Positions 28,919 to 41,700 of a DNA stretch of 64,000 nucleotides are shown here, in pieces (positions within the stretch are counted from its first letter, which is position 1; every line of letters begins with the position of its first letter). The translations under genes were made by a program, and so were the position numbers. The DNA is from Trichoplax adhaerens (Eukaryota; Animalia; Placozoa). The stretch lies in NCBI RefSeq assembly GCF_000150275.1, contig NW_002060949.1:1919836-1983835 (forward strand), written 5' to 3'. The notes under the pieces were generated by a model. The model did no database searches. It saw only the letters and a list, made by a program, of their open reading frames with translations, and was not told the origin of the DNA.

Positions 28919-31900
28919 CTGTCAACAATTTTTTATGACATTACTGATTGTTGTTGATTGTAGGTTAACTATTGTATGTATATTATTGAACTATGGAGTA
29001 CAGTATATAACAGAACCTTGTTTGTAGATTTTGTATGGATGCTACTATAATGAATAATTTATTGTTGATTACTTTGTAAAAGCTTACCAAGAAAATAATT
29101 AATGCTTCTAATCTTAATAAATTGACATTTATTGCAGGTTATTTGTTACCCTTATGTAATAATGTATCGTACTAACGAAAAAATTGTGAAATTATTCGTA
29201 TACGATATATTCTAAGCAAAAAATAAATTCTTTATCTTAATTGATCGCGCATCATCTAGATTTGAGCCTTGCTGCTATCAAGTATGGCAAACTTCCTTTT
29301 ATAATTCTAGAGTCGAATAGACTTTTAATTTTATAAAGATTTTACTATCATAATTGTTTCATTCTATTTCGAATAAGAGAATAGAATTTAAAGGTTCAAA
29401 CTCATTCCATTAATAATCAATGTACGCTGTTCTTTATATAGTAGTTATAAAACTAAGTAAACTATAGGATGAAATTCTTCGTTATCGAGATCTGCAACAT
29501 TCGGGGATTAAATCCGAGAAAATCGAGTAATTACACACAGAATCTGCCATATAGAGGATTACAGTTGAAAATCTTTCATTCATCCATTTCTAGAGCTTGG
29601 TCATGACAACAAAGGCGTATACAAAGTTATTTGTCATGATATAACAATACCAAAGTATTAACTTAGCTATCCATATTATGCTGATGGCTACCAGCGATGG
29701 ATATTTAATGAAAGATATCTCTTCATTGATTGAAAGTTTCGACAAAAATAAGCCAGATTATAACTAATTCTAGAATAGCTAGTTATCCTCCTCTTCCTAA
29801 TTGTACAGTATACGTGTACTATAAACTTTAGCCAAATATTCAAAGCTATACTTTTTTTTCTTCCATCCTGTACATTAATATCAGTTACTCTATACTATTA
29901 TAAAATGCAGTAAAGGGTTGTCCAATAAAGGAATATATTCTGAGAAGCTTTGATATTATTAATAATTTAAAGTTCATTTAAAACCGAATGTTTATTAAAA
30001 GGAACGAATTAAAGTCTATTATGACCCCAGGATGTAAATAACTGTCATTCCATTCGTACTTGAAGTGGATCCGATCAGTATGACTATCTAGCCAATTCTT
30101 ATCTTTGTTTATGAAGTAATCATTAAGAGGCCATACTGAGTTTTTAAGAATAGGAATAAGAATAATAAAAGTTACAAGGTTGTATTGTCTCCTTAAGAAT
30201 TAATTGTTATTAATGAGCTAAGGGTGGCAAATAATTTACGTAAAAAATAAAATAAAGATAAAGAACGCACCAATTATGTCAATCTTGAGCTTAATTCAAT
30301 AGCCTATATATTAAAGGCCGTGATTTGATTATTTCAGGAATGTCATAGAGTTCCATAGTTGCGTACTATTGATTTTAACATTAAGTTGACCTACGTTACT
30401 AAGTTACGAGGTCAACTAGGTGGATTTAGTTTAGTTTATAGGTAGTGTAAGAAGTATGAGTAGACGTTAGCAAGGTACTTTATCGTACATCATTGTCAAT
30501 TGATATCGTCTATATTGGATATGATATCATTACTGGCTATTATGAATGAATTAACGAGATCTAGTATCTAGCTATAGTCAATAAGTATAGCTAGTTTAGG
30601 ACATGATTTAGTCGTTAGCCAGTCTGAAAATATATAGTAATAATCTTATTATAGCCATAATTCACTGTAGTCGTATATACAGTATGTTACATTATATCGA
30701 ACGTAGGTATTGTGATGTTCATTCATGACTAAAAATTATATTACACTGTACAGAGTAACAGAACAAATTATCACCAATTATGGGGAGTTTCATCGGCTTC
30801 GATCTTAGAATAATACTGTACGAGCTAGGAGAAATAACTCACCTACAACTATCCCATACTACACTATAACCTACAGAGTATTCTAAGAACCGCTAAGGAG
30901 CTGTTTAGATGGAAGCTAGGTTCTCCAACTATAGAACGAGAGACTGTAATATGTGCGTAAAACATATACAATTTATATGCGCACGTTAGTCATATATAGA
31001 AGCCTACCTACCTTCAACCACTTGTTGCTTGTTACTGTCGTTTCTAGTGACAACTACGTATACAATTTCCTCATATTTACTATTAAATTATTTCATTATT
31101 TTAAATAAAAATCAGCAAGAGACTTACTTCAAGCATAGTAATCAAGTTCATTAAAGCCCGTTGCTTTATCGTCTATGAAATGTAAGTATTAGACGTATTT
31201 TTGTCTGTAACACATTACTACACATATTGATTTGAATAAAGTTAACCATTTTTTTAACGGTATAATTCCATGACTACTTTGCTATTCCTTATCGCTACAA
31301 AGAATATCTTCAAGTGCAACTTAATTTCTACGAATATTGAAGTTGTACGTATCCTCAGTTACTGTAGTATTTCTGGTAACAAAATAGATATATGAATATT
31401 TGCTAACGCTAGTGTAGAAAAATTCATATATAGGAGGCGTATCTTACCAACTTTGACTATATTGACATTATTAAGTAAATGTTGTACGGCAACTTCTGAC
31501 GACATTAGTAGTCGCTTTTTATAATTAAGAACCTACAAATATCCATTAGGTGATCGACGATAAATTTATATCCGTTCTATGTAAGTGTACGATGTTTTTG
31601 CAATCGTCGATTTTATCCTTTCTTGATTTTACACTTCTGAAAAATTTAATCGATAGGGAAGCCATCGTAGCTTATTAAAGTTTGATTGATAAGGTTTTAT
31701 TATACTGTTACATCCATATTATAATTTAACGATCTGTATGAAATTACTTCACAAGTTCTATCCGTTAGAGATAGGATTCTTATTCACTTCAAGTTATTGT
31801 CTTTAGAAAGACTCTAAAATTATTATATGTTAGAATTAAAAAGTTAAAGCGTAATAATACTGACGAAATAATCCTGCGCTAATTTGATTGTCTCAAGCTG

Positions 31901-32805
31901 TAGCGATTAGCCGACTGGCGCTTTTAAATCTGACACTTTAGAGAAAATTTTTTTACTTTCCGCTATTTTTACTGTATAAATATAATTTTCATTTTCTCAT
32001 ATAATTCTTCTGTAATGTAGCGAACGGTATACTAAAATGAATCGTACTATAATTTGCTTACCCAAATTAAATTATATGGTACCGTACCTACTTATGAAGT
32101 CTATAATAAGTTTGTGTTAGATAGAAAACCTATGCAAAATTTTCTACGATATATAATTAATTCTGAATAAGTGATTTTACTATAATATTAAGTCAAATTT
32201 TATAATTTCTTACCGTTATATATACTATATGATACCGCGTATTAATCTTAATCTACAATTGCGTCAGATATAATCATCGGTATTCTATAATTAATTTTTT
32301 TAAAATTGTTAGTTGCTAAAATAAAATTCATACTACCAATCGAAATTTTTTGTCTTATATCTACGACTTGACATAGAATTGTTTGTTATATAGGGTTAAA
32401 GCACTTAATGTTAATTACTGAAAGTAAAACACTAGATCGCAGCTTCTAGCTCGGTTATTATACAGTTAAATCATTTTATGACGGTTCTTAGAGTCTTGTT
32501 TCTCCTAATTTAAGTCTATATGTCACAGAGACTACTTGATAGTGCGTAGAAGGCTGAGAATGATTGCAGTATCAAGTGTAGTGATCCTTAAAAAATAATT
32601 TTTAGGATCAAATCACGATATTGATGCTAAGATAGCCCTTATAATGAATTTCTTTTTCCTTTATATCACGTAGAACTGGCATTTTAAAATACATAAGCTT
32701 CTTGTCAGACTAGAACAGTCATTTTGGCGCCAGAGATAGAACCAAAAAGCAATTAAATTAATACGAAATAGATATTTGAACTGATAGGAAAACTTTAAAA
32801 GCAAT

Positions 32806-35800
32806 ATGGGAGGCCAACAAACTAAACCTAATCTAATGAAGAATGATGCTGTAAGCACGCTATATGAAGAACGATTCACCATCGAACGAGATTTAGCCAA
32901 ATATGATTTAAGTCAATGCTTCGAAAATTTAGTATTCGAAGGTGGTGGTACCAAAGGAACAGCCCATGTTGGTGCATTAATGGTAAATTAATACTTGATT
33001 AAAGAATCAGTAACTGAGTATTCTTAAATCACACTATACACGTAGATAAATATCGTATTTCTTACGCTATCAAATAGATAAAAAAACACCCTTATCTAAT
33101 TGTATCTAATCATTATATGGTATTAAGTTAGTCGTAATGATTACATGATTATTATGAAAACTAATCTTTTACCTATTAGCAGTAGTATTAAATTAGTAAC
33201 GACTAGTATAACAATATGTACTTTCATTATGACTGTTATTGTACGCTAATATCAGCCAGCGCTTGGAATATAGATTAGGTTTCTAAGGCTATTAGTAACT
33301 GTACCATTGAGGATATTTACTATGTTAATCTCTGGACAGGCTAATTATCGTCTTAGTAGTTATATGAGTGATAGCATATAATTGAGCGTTTAATAGCATT
33401 ACATAATTTAAGGTAATCTTTGCTAAGACAAAATTACTGTTAAAGTAATAGCAAGAAGGATGTTGATATTTCTAGCTTTTGCAATGGAATATTTAATTTC
33501 GAGAGGTAGTAGGATTCAGTTATATTACTGTATATTAGCCAGTTACCAGTAGTCATACAAGTTTAGCTATTACTGTATTAGTAGAAACAAAGTAAATACG
33601 TTTATACGGCGTCTAATATAGGAATACAGAATACTAGTTTAGAAAGAGCGATCTGTATTACAACAAATTGATTTATATTAAATATTTTTCTTAATTCTTA
33701 AATTTCTGTATTTTAGCGAAAATTTAAAAAATTCTTATTCACAGCATTAAATAATCTCTTTATATACTTTAAGAAGACTAAGTCAAAATCAAGTAACATA
33801 ATATTTCGAACCTACATCTTACTAGATTGCAAGTCTATCATTAAAAAATTTTATTTTCTAATGAACTAATAGGTCTTAGAAGATCTTGGAATCCTCGACA
33901 ACATGACTCGCTTTGGTGGCTCTAGTGCTGGTGCTATGTTAGCTGCTTTACTGGCTATTGGTTACTCAGCTGATGAGATTTTAACGTTTCTTTACAGTGA
34001 TACTAAGAAAATTATAATGGGTAAGTTGGTTATAGTGATGCTGTATAATATTATTAAAATATAGCGATATTAGGCTTGCTATGGCTACAATACATCGTTT
34101 ATATGAACTATAGAGATGATCAGTGTTGCCGCTTGAATAACAACGACATTTAATTTTATCAATAGTGAATAATAATTCTCATAGTCACAAAGTTATCATT
34201 GCGTAAAATATAAATACTAATATAAAAATATTTTTCAATTTTAAAATACGGTAAAGATTCGAAATGCGGCTACTTAAGCTTGCTACCAAGTTTATTCCGT
34301 CACTATGGTTGGATTCCTGGACGTCGCTTAGAAATATGGTTTAAAATGGTTCTTGCATCCGGTCCACGAAACACCTTATGCCCCAAAACTAAAGACAAGG
34401 GGGCTATTACATTTATGGAGGTAATCAATAAATTACATAAAATAATTTAAAAATAGATTAATTAGAAGCTAGCTATCGAATTTTGCTACTATTGTGTCAA
34501 AATTACTGAAAGTCTGCGTTTAATGCCGTGAATATCATCAAGTATGTGATATGATATGATTAATACAGTACATACCGTAGGGTGTTACATTACGTATGCT
34601 GTACACGCGTACAAAGTAATAGCGATAGGACAGCTAATCAAATTCACATCAGCATTATATGGACTAAATAGACTAGTAAATACTGCAATATTCTTTCTAG
34701 TCAGTTTATATTGTCATAGGCAAGATTTCTGCCTCTGCTTGCTATTGAAGTCTTGATTAGATTGTAAAATATATTCCTTTGAGAATGAGATTTTGACAGA
34801 ATTATATAAAAATGCATCTGGTTAATACCGAAATGCGATTCACTACATTACTTATAATGAAACATTTGTATATAAAACAAAAGCTTAGTCCTTAACTGTT
34901 CTAATGCATTTACTCTTAATTTTAAGATATATTATGCATTGGATATTAATTATTTTATTTCTATGTATTCAGCTATATAAGGCCACTGGAATTGAACTGT
35001 GTATAACTGCAACAAACGTTAATTACTTGACGGTGGATTATTTTCATCCCAAAACGACGCCTGATACGCCAATTTATAAGGCTGTTAGGATGTCAATGGC
35101 CTTACCAGGTCATTAAAAGATATATATCAATATTATATACGATAAAAGTTTACAGTAGTGGACTTCTACTAATAAAACTATAGCACACCAGCCATTGTAT
35201 GCACTGCCATATTTATTTAGCTTTCTATTGCTTTTATGATGCAATAGGATTTTATCGCAGTGTTAAAGTGGAGAGAAGTATTTATTTGGGGCCAGATCAT
35301 ATAGAAAAAGCCAATGACTTATTCGTAGATGGTGGTCTAATATGCAACTATCCGATTTATGTGTTTGATGGTGCGCACCTACAGTATATAACAAAATATC
35401 TAAATATCTCATTTTTTATTTTAGAAGCATTACGACAGTTTTATAAGTTATTCGATAAGATACTTTGTGCAGTATCGAGCGTGGTAGCATCAGTCAGAAT
35501 AATATCTAGGTATAATATTTGAATGATAAATACTTTCTATCCATTTAATCTAGGCTGGTGGCTTTCCTTAACACCAGAAAATCAATTTCTTCGACGAATG
35601 CGACCATTATCTCAGCTACATAAATTTTATGATTTCAAAGAACGATTTGGGACAGTAAATAAAAAAACTTTAGGCATTATGCTTGTAAGTTGAACACAGA
35701 ATCACAATAAAGTTAATTACGCAGTAGATGGGTATATAGATCGCAAAATTACTTATCAAAACAGTATCTAGCCATACTGTACCTATATTAAACCATTGGC

Positions 35801-37884
35801 GATTATAATTTAGGACTACGTGTATTCTATGTTATTAATACCAAAATTTTAACTGTTCTAGTACTCAGCGGGAGAAACTGAAGCGGTCAAAGAAGCATTA
35901 GATACACGCGAAAATAGTGGACCTGCACAAAGGCCAAATACAAAATTAGCTAGGTACTATGCATGACCAATCGGAGTTTAATTAAAGTTATAATTGTAAG
36001 CGGATTTGTTATTTGTTAATAATTACGGGTATCATTATTTAGAGTGAGGACTGAAGCAATGATAAAAAAGCGCAGAGCTACAGAAATTTATGATCAAGTT
36101 CTTAAGCTCATGGATCGATTTTTACAGGTATTAGATTGTTATATTTTTAAGCAATTTTGAAAAGATAACCTAAAGTAGAAAAGATCTTAGCCGATTGCTA
36201 AATGAGAATTGCTACCTGAAACTTAATACAAATCATTACGGATAAACTTATCAATCCTATTCCTCTCTCTTAGTGTTTAGATGCAATCCAGCCGATGATT
36301 TTAGATGTTCAGTATGATGTAAAGACGGTCAAAGATATTTTATCTACGGTAAGCAACAACCGTTTTATTACTAGAAACAGTTCTACTTTACCGTGTAATT
36401 ACACTATTAAAGTATCTGGGTCATTTCTTGGTACGATTCTAATGATATTAAAGAAGAAATTATCTTTTGCGTTCTGGTAGTTTTTTTTACACGACGTGAT
36501 TAAGCGCCTGAATAATTTTTATTGCAATAATCTTATTAAAGGAATAATCATTTCTCGTATTCTTATAACATTTTTGACGCTTATAAATGAAAGGCATACT
36601 AAATTATATTAATAATGCTTCATTTTTATGTGTATATAGAAATTTAGCTGTGATGAATTATCCTTTATGTTTCCTGGTCATAAAGGTGATTTGGATAAGA
36701 TCATTGCTGAATTAGATGAAAACAGTGATGGAAAGGTGGAAGTTCTTTGATTTCATCGCTAGTAATATAACTACAGCATATTACTGTCCTAGGCAAAATA
36801 TTAATATTTCAATCGTTTATATATAATTTTGCAGCTAAGCTTGCCTGAAGTGATTTCTTTCATTGAACATCATGGAATTGATTTACAAAAAGGGTTTTTA
36901 GGCTACGGCCGACGTGATATCGAAAATTTAGGTGATTTTATCCATTCTTTACAGGTAAATTCGCAGAACCACTAAGTTAGATATTCCTAATTTTTACAAA
37001 GTTCATGATTACTGTATAGAATAAGTATTATACAATATTTATACAGGTCGTAATTATTACTGAAATACGATCAAGTCCGATATAGCATCGTTTCGTTTAC
37101 AATTTGTGTAGCTAATTAAATATTTTTCTGTTTTTCTTTTATAGCAAACTCTATCTGTGAACATCAAGAAAATGACAGTAAAGGTAATCACGATAAGTGT
37201 AGCTATTTTATTTAAGTTATAAAGTCAAAGTGAGGAATGCGATAAGACTAGGATAGATTATTATAACGTAAATATTATTATTTATATCATAAAAATTGAG
37301 GTTATAGTATAACTCCTTCTAATTCAAGTAATAAATAAAGAAATTGTACTACTGAACAAAAAAATAAAGGCTGCATATCTTAGTAACTGAATGCTTAAGT
37401 AATAACTGTTAATTTCAATTATAGCCTGAAGATGTTGAAAGAACTATTGGCATAAATACTGACTATATTGAAACCACTGATTGGAAAATGGAATTCGAAG
37501 ATAAACGATTTTTAATCAATGTAAGTACGAGTTAGCGTATATAAAACTATCTTACAGTACATATGTGCTATGCATATGTCGTTACTTGTTATCCTCGCGT
37601 CGCTTCGATGCTAGGATACAATCCTTCTTTAATTTTAAATAAATAGAGTTAAGAAAAGTAATATTGCACTTCGATATCAAGTTTCGGCATACAATCTTTT
37701 CACCATGCACTAATTATCATATTTCGTTACTATCAAGTGTGGTGTCAATGGTGCCTTGTCATTCCTTTTAGAGTTTATCGATAAGAATAAGGACCATCTA
37801 CCTTTGAAGAAAGATGTCTATCGATCGCAAAGACAACAAATAGTTGATGAAACACAACAACCTAATCAAGTGTGTACAAAATGA
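32806..37884 (+). CDS. Patatin-like phospholipase (ExoU/VipD-like subgroup) with an N-myristoylation motif and an EF-hand, about 542 aa
   Basis: 14 phase-compatible exons: 32806-32982, 33873-34020, 34257-34420, 34973-35108, 35248-35370, 35554-35684, 35862-35953, 36043-36127, 36274-36348, 36640-36735, 36835-36954, 37145-37183, 37425-37520, 37738-37884. Motifs: NLVFEGGGTKG (oxyanion), GGSSAG (GxSxG), AVRMSMALPG, VDGG (catalytic Asp), EF-loop DENSDGKLSLPE, N-terminus MGGQQTK. Confidence 0.9.
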
Positions 37885-38785
37885 AACCCTCAAGTAGTTT
37901 AAATTTGCAACCGAGTAAAAAGTGTTCATGCACCAGCTCTTAAAGTCTATATTAAGTAAAGGCAGCAATAGAGTATTATCATTATCTTGGATTGTTATAT
38001 AGTATTTACTAGCATTACGCACACTTTATATCAATGCACCATATGTTCATTTGCAATGTAAAATAGTCTCGGCATTAATATAGAGACCACTAGTTATAGT
38101 AAATGTCAAGCACTATTATTTTGATTCGCAATGATTAAATTTATTTAAAATTAATATCTACGAAATAGCCGCTGTGTTAAATCAGTATCTTTACTTTTTA
38201 TTTAACAAATAGAAAGTAGACGCGATAGTAAATACCGACAAGGCTTTACTAGATAAGTACTAGAATATTCAGTTTAGGAATTATTGACATATCAAGCTAA
38301 TACAAGTGCATATATGCTAATAATTAATTGATTAATAGTAATTGATTAAAATACGGACGAAAGGAAAAAGACAATTAGAGGGTCATTACAGTTTTGCATG
38401 GTTTACAACAAATACGAGACAGAAATAAATTAAATCTACATTTGGTATGTATGAGAATTAGTCATTTGTCTATTAATAGGTGAAATTTCGTATCACGAAT
38501 CATAAAAGAACTTCTACCTGTACATACTAGTATTACATATACATTTCGTAACATAGCATAAGTTGCGTAATTACTCATGCAACTCAAATATAGTTTCACA
38601 TTGAAATGCAGTATACAGCCATGAATATACATATAACACTCAATTAATCTGAACGGAAAGCAAAACAGAATTGAGGAATAGCACAATCATGATGATACCA
38701 TACGCTAAAATTATACGTATTATGATACAAGGCTTTCCCTATGTAACAAGAAGACAATTGTAGCTACATATTTATATTACCCGGC

Positions 38786-41700
38786 TTAGTGTTGCATTGG
38801 TTCAGGAGATGCCTCTTTACGTTCAGTTTGGTCAAGTTGTGTCTTTCCATCATTATTCTTAACTTCAACAGTATCTTTGTTGGTACTACAAATTATACGC
38901 AAAATTATTAGAGTTCTATAGTAACGAGATATTATAAAATTTTGTATGAGTTAGGAAACTGTGAAAATATTAGTACCTGTTTTCCTCTGGTACTTGAGAC
39001 TTTATCTCAGATTCCTCAATCTTAACTTCTGACAAATCTGCAGCTTTAGCAGAAGATTCTTCCTTATTACCACCTTCATTATTTGATATCTCCTGCTCCT
39101 TAACTTTTTGAGCGTCCCTATTAAATTGATGACATTGTGAAGAATTTATTGAGAAAGCTCCTCAGATTGCATTGATGAAGTGAAATCTAGACTATCATTA
39201 ACATCCTTACTCAATCTCCATTTGTTGGGATGAGTTGTCATGAGCGGCAGGTTCACGAGCCGTTGATTCTTTATCCATAGGCTGCACGTCTCTCTGACCT
39301 TGTAGTGTTTCAGTTGTAGCTGAGACTTGAGTGTTCTCTTCAATTTTTGGTACAGGAGGTTTTGCAACTGTTGTTCGAATAATTATACAACTTGAATATT
39401 TTACATTTCTACTAATCAACTACGGTATACGAAAATTAGATCATTAGTGAGACTGAAAAGTATAACTGCATCTACCTTCTCCAACAGGTTTTGAACCGTT
39501 CATTTTAGCTACTTCATTTTCGCTAAATGTTTTTATGCGTTTTTGTAAATGTCGATGGTATTCCTGACGATTACGACGGCCACCTTCATTTTCATCTTCC
39601 GAATCGGAATATTCCTCATCGCAAGCAATGCGCTTATCTTTATCATGCACTAGTTTTTATACAAAAAATTTCCGTTTCGTTGACATTATTACAATGGATA
39701 CTGTAAACAGGTTATAATTCAGAAGTTCCGATTCGTACAAAATTTTACAACTAACTTGATATTCGAGTATCAGGGTCATTTTCTTCTTCATCAGATTCAT
39801 ATTGCACATCAGAAGGAATGGCTGTGGACAAAAAATTGAAAACATACATAAATTTTAAGTTTTGACTGTTTAATTGAGTTATGATCACTCTATGTTTAGA
39901 AGAATAAAATAGTTACGTTGCATTTGAACACCAGGAGCATGCGGCAACATTCTAAGATTCTCAAATAGGCGCGTCCTGAAAAGTAGGCCAACGTTACGAT
40001 AGATAAACTTTCATTGGGCATTTTATTAAGCAAACTTACTTAATCCGATCAATATAATCTGGTGTATTTTGATTTGTCATGTTGGTTGGACTGATGTTGA
40101 GTTTAAAATCAGGCCCAAAGTATTCAAAGTAATCATTATATGGCAGTTCTGAAATGAAATCATAAATGTCGATTACCATCACATATCCCGTATAATGTGG
40201 TATCATATTCATTCGTTGACTATACTAACCATTAGGAATTTCAACTCCTAGTGCAGCAGAAGTTTCTTGAGCCCAACATCTTGCAACATTTCTAATTGTG
40301 TAACCACCTCCACCAAGTAACACAATTGGAAGATTGAATTTCTTCATAAATTCAACACATGCGGAATGACCTTTTAGGGATAAGTTGAAGCATCCTAAAC
40401 GATCACCGGCTAAAGAGTCTGCTCCACATTGAAGTACAATGACGCTGGGTTGATACATTTCCATAACTTTCGAAATAACCTAAGTTCGAATTAAAATGAT
40501 AGTTACAGCAGTGAAGATATTTGACCATATTCGTACTATTGCCAGCTAAATTTATTTTGCGTGAATTGAAAAATAAATCGGACTAGACGTTATCATTGCT
40601 TACAGGAGAAAATATTTGATCGTAGCATTCATCATCTACGCCATCACGTAATGGAAAATTTACAGCATAATACTTGCCCTTGCTAGCTCCAATATCCTAC
40701 AATCAGGTAAAGGAAATAGATGTAAGCAAAAAAAAGGCACCAACATTACACACTAAATGGAATTGAAACATATAAATTTTGACTAAGGCAAGTTACGTAT
40801 ACGAATAACTGTCACAGTGAGACAATTCATTCTCAAATAAGATACTGATCATTTAAGTTAACAAACAACATGTACGTTATTTCTGACTGTAACAAAATGA
40901 AAGCCCAAAAGTATATAATCTAGAAATAATATCGCCAATACGCTAGACTTACTCTAATATCTCCTGTCCCGGGAAAATATTCACCGTACTTGTGAAAAGA
41001 AACAGTCATTACACGATCAGTTGTGTAAAATGCTTCTTCAACGCCATCGCCATGGTGAATGTCGATATCGATATATAAGACACGTTGATGATATCTATAG
41101 TACAAATGAAAATATTCGAGTAATTTTAAAAATAGATTGAAAAGTAATAATAATAATAATAATAATAAAATAATTCAACTTCATATTCTTCAAAAGATAC
41201 TAAATGTTTAATATAGTAGCTACACATATCGTGGTTTCCCTTACTTTAGCAACTCCAATATAGCTAGCACGATATCATTGACATAACAAAATCCAGATGC
41301 TTCAGATTTTTTAGCATGATGCAATCCACCGGCCCAGTTCACGGCAATATCTGTCTGCTGCTTATTGACTTTGACGGCCGCGGCTACCAGGTTGCGAATG
41401 CGAACATGATATCAAAATTTGGATATGAACGTTACTCAGTCAGTACTCGCTATTGACCAAATATCATGAAGATGAACATAACCGAACTACTTAATTGAAT
41501 GACATTTTAGCTAATCCAATCTTACCGATAGATCCACCACCCGATAATTGGCAAAATTCGTAAAGGCCGTCAAACACCGGACAATCTTCACCTACGTTAA
41601 CTTTTATGTCAAGACATTCACAATGTTTATTAGACTGAATTTACATTGAAGTGATTAAGTAAATACATCATTGTATTCAAAATTCATTAGTTTATAATTA

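Noticed and set aside
32806-37884. Bacterial contamination or a CBASS-type patatin effector operon
   Set aside because: The gene has 13 spliceosomal introns, sits among animal genes, and has no cyclase nearby.
41145-41168. (TAA)n microsatellite; also (CT)n at about 42185-42199
   Set aside because: Ordinary short intronic microsatellites.
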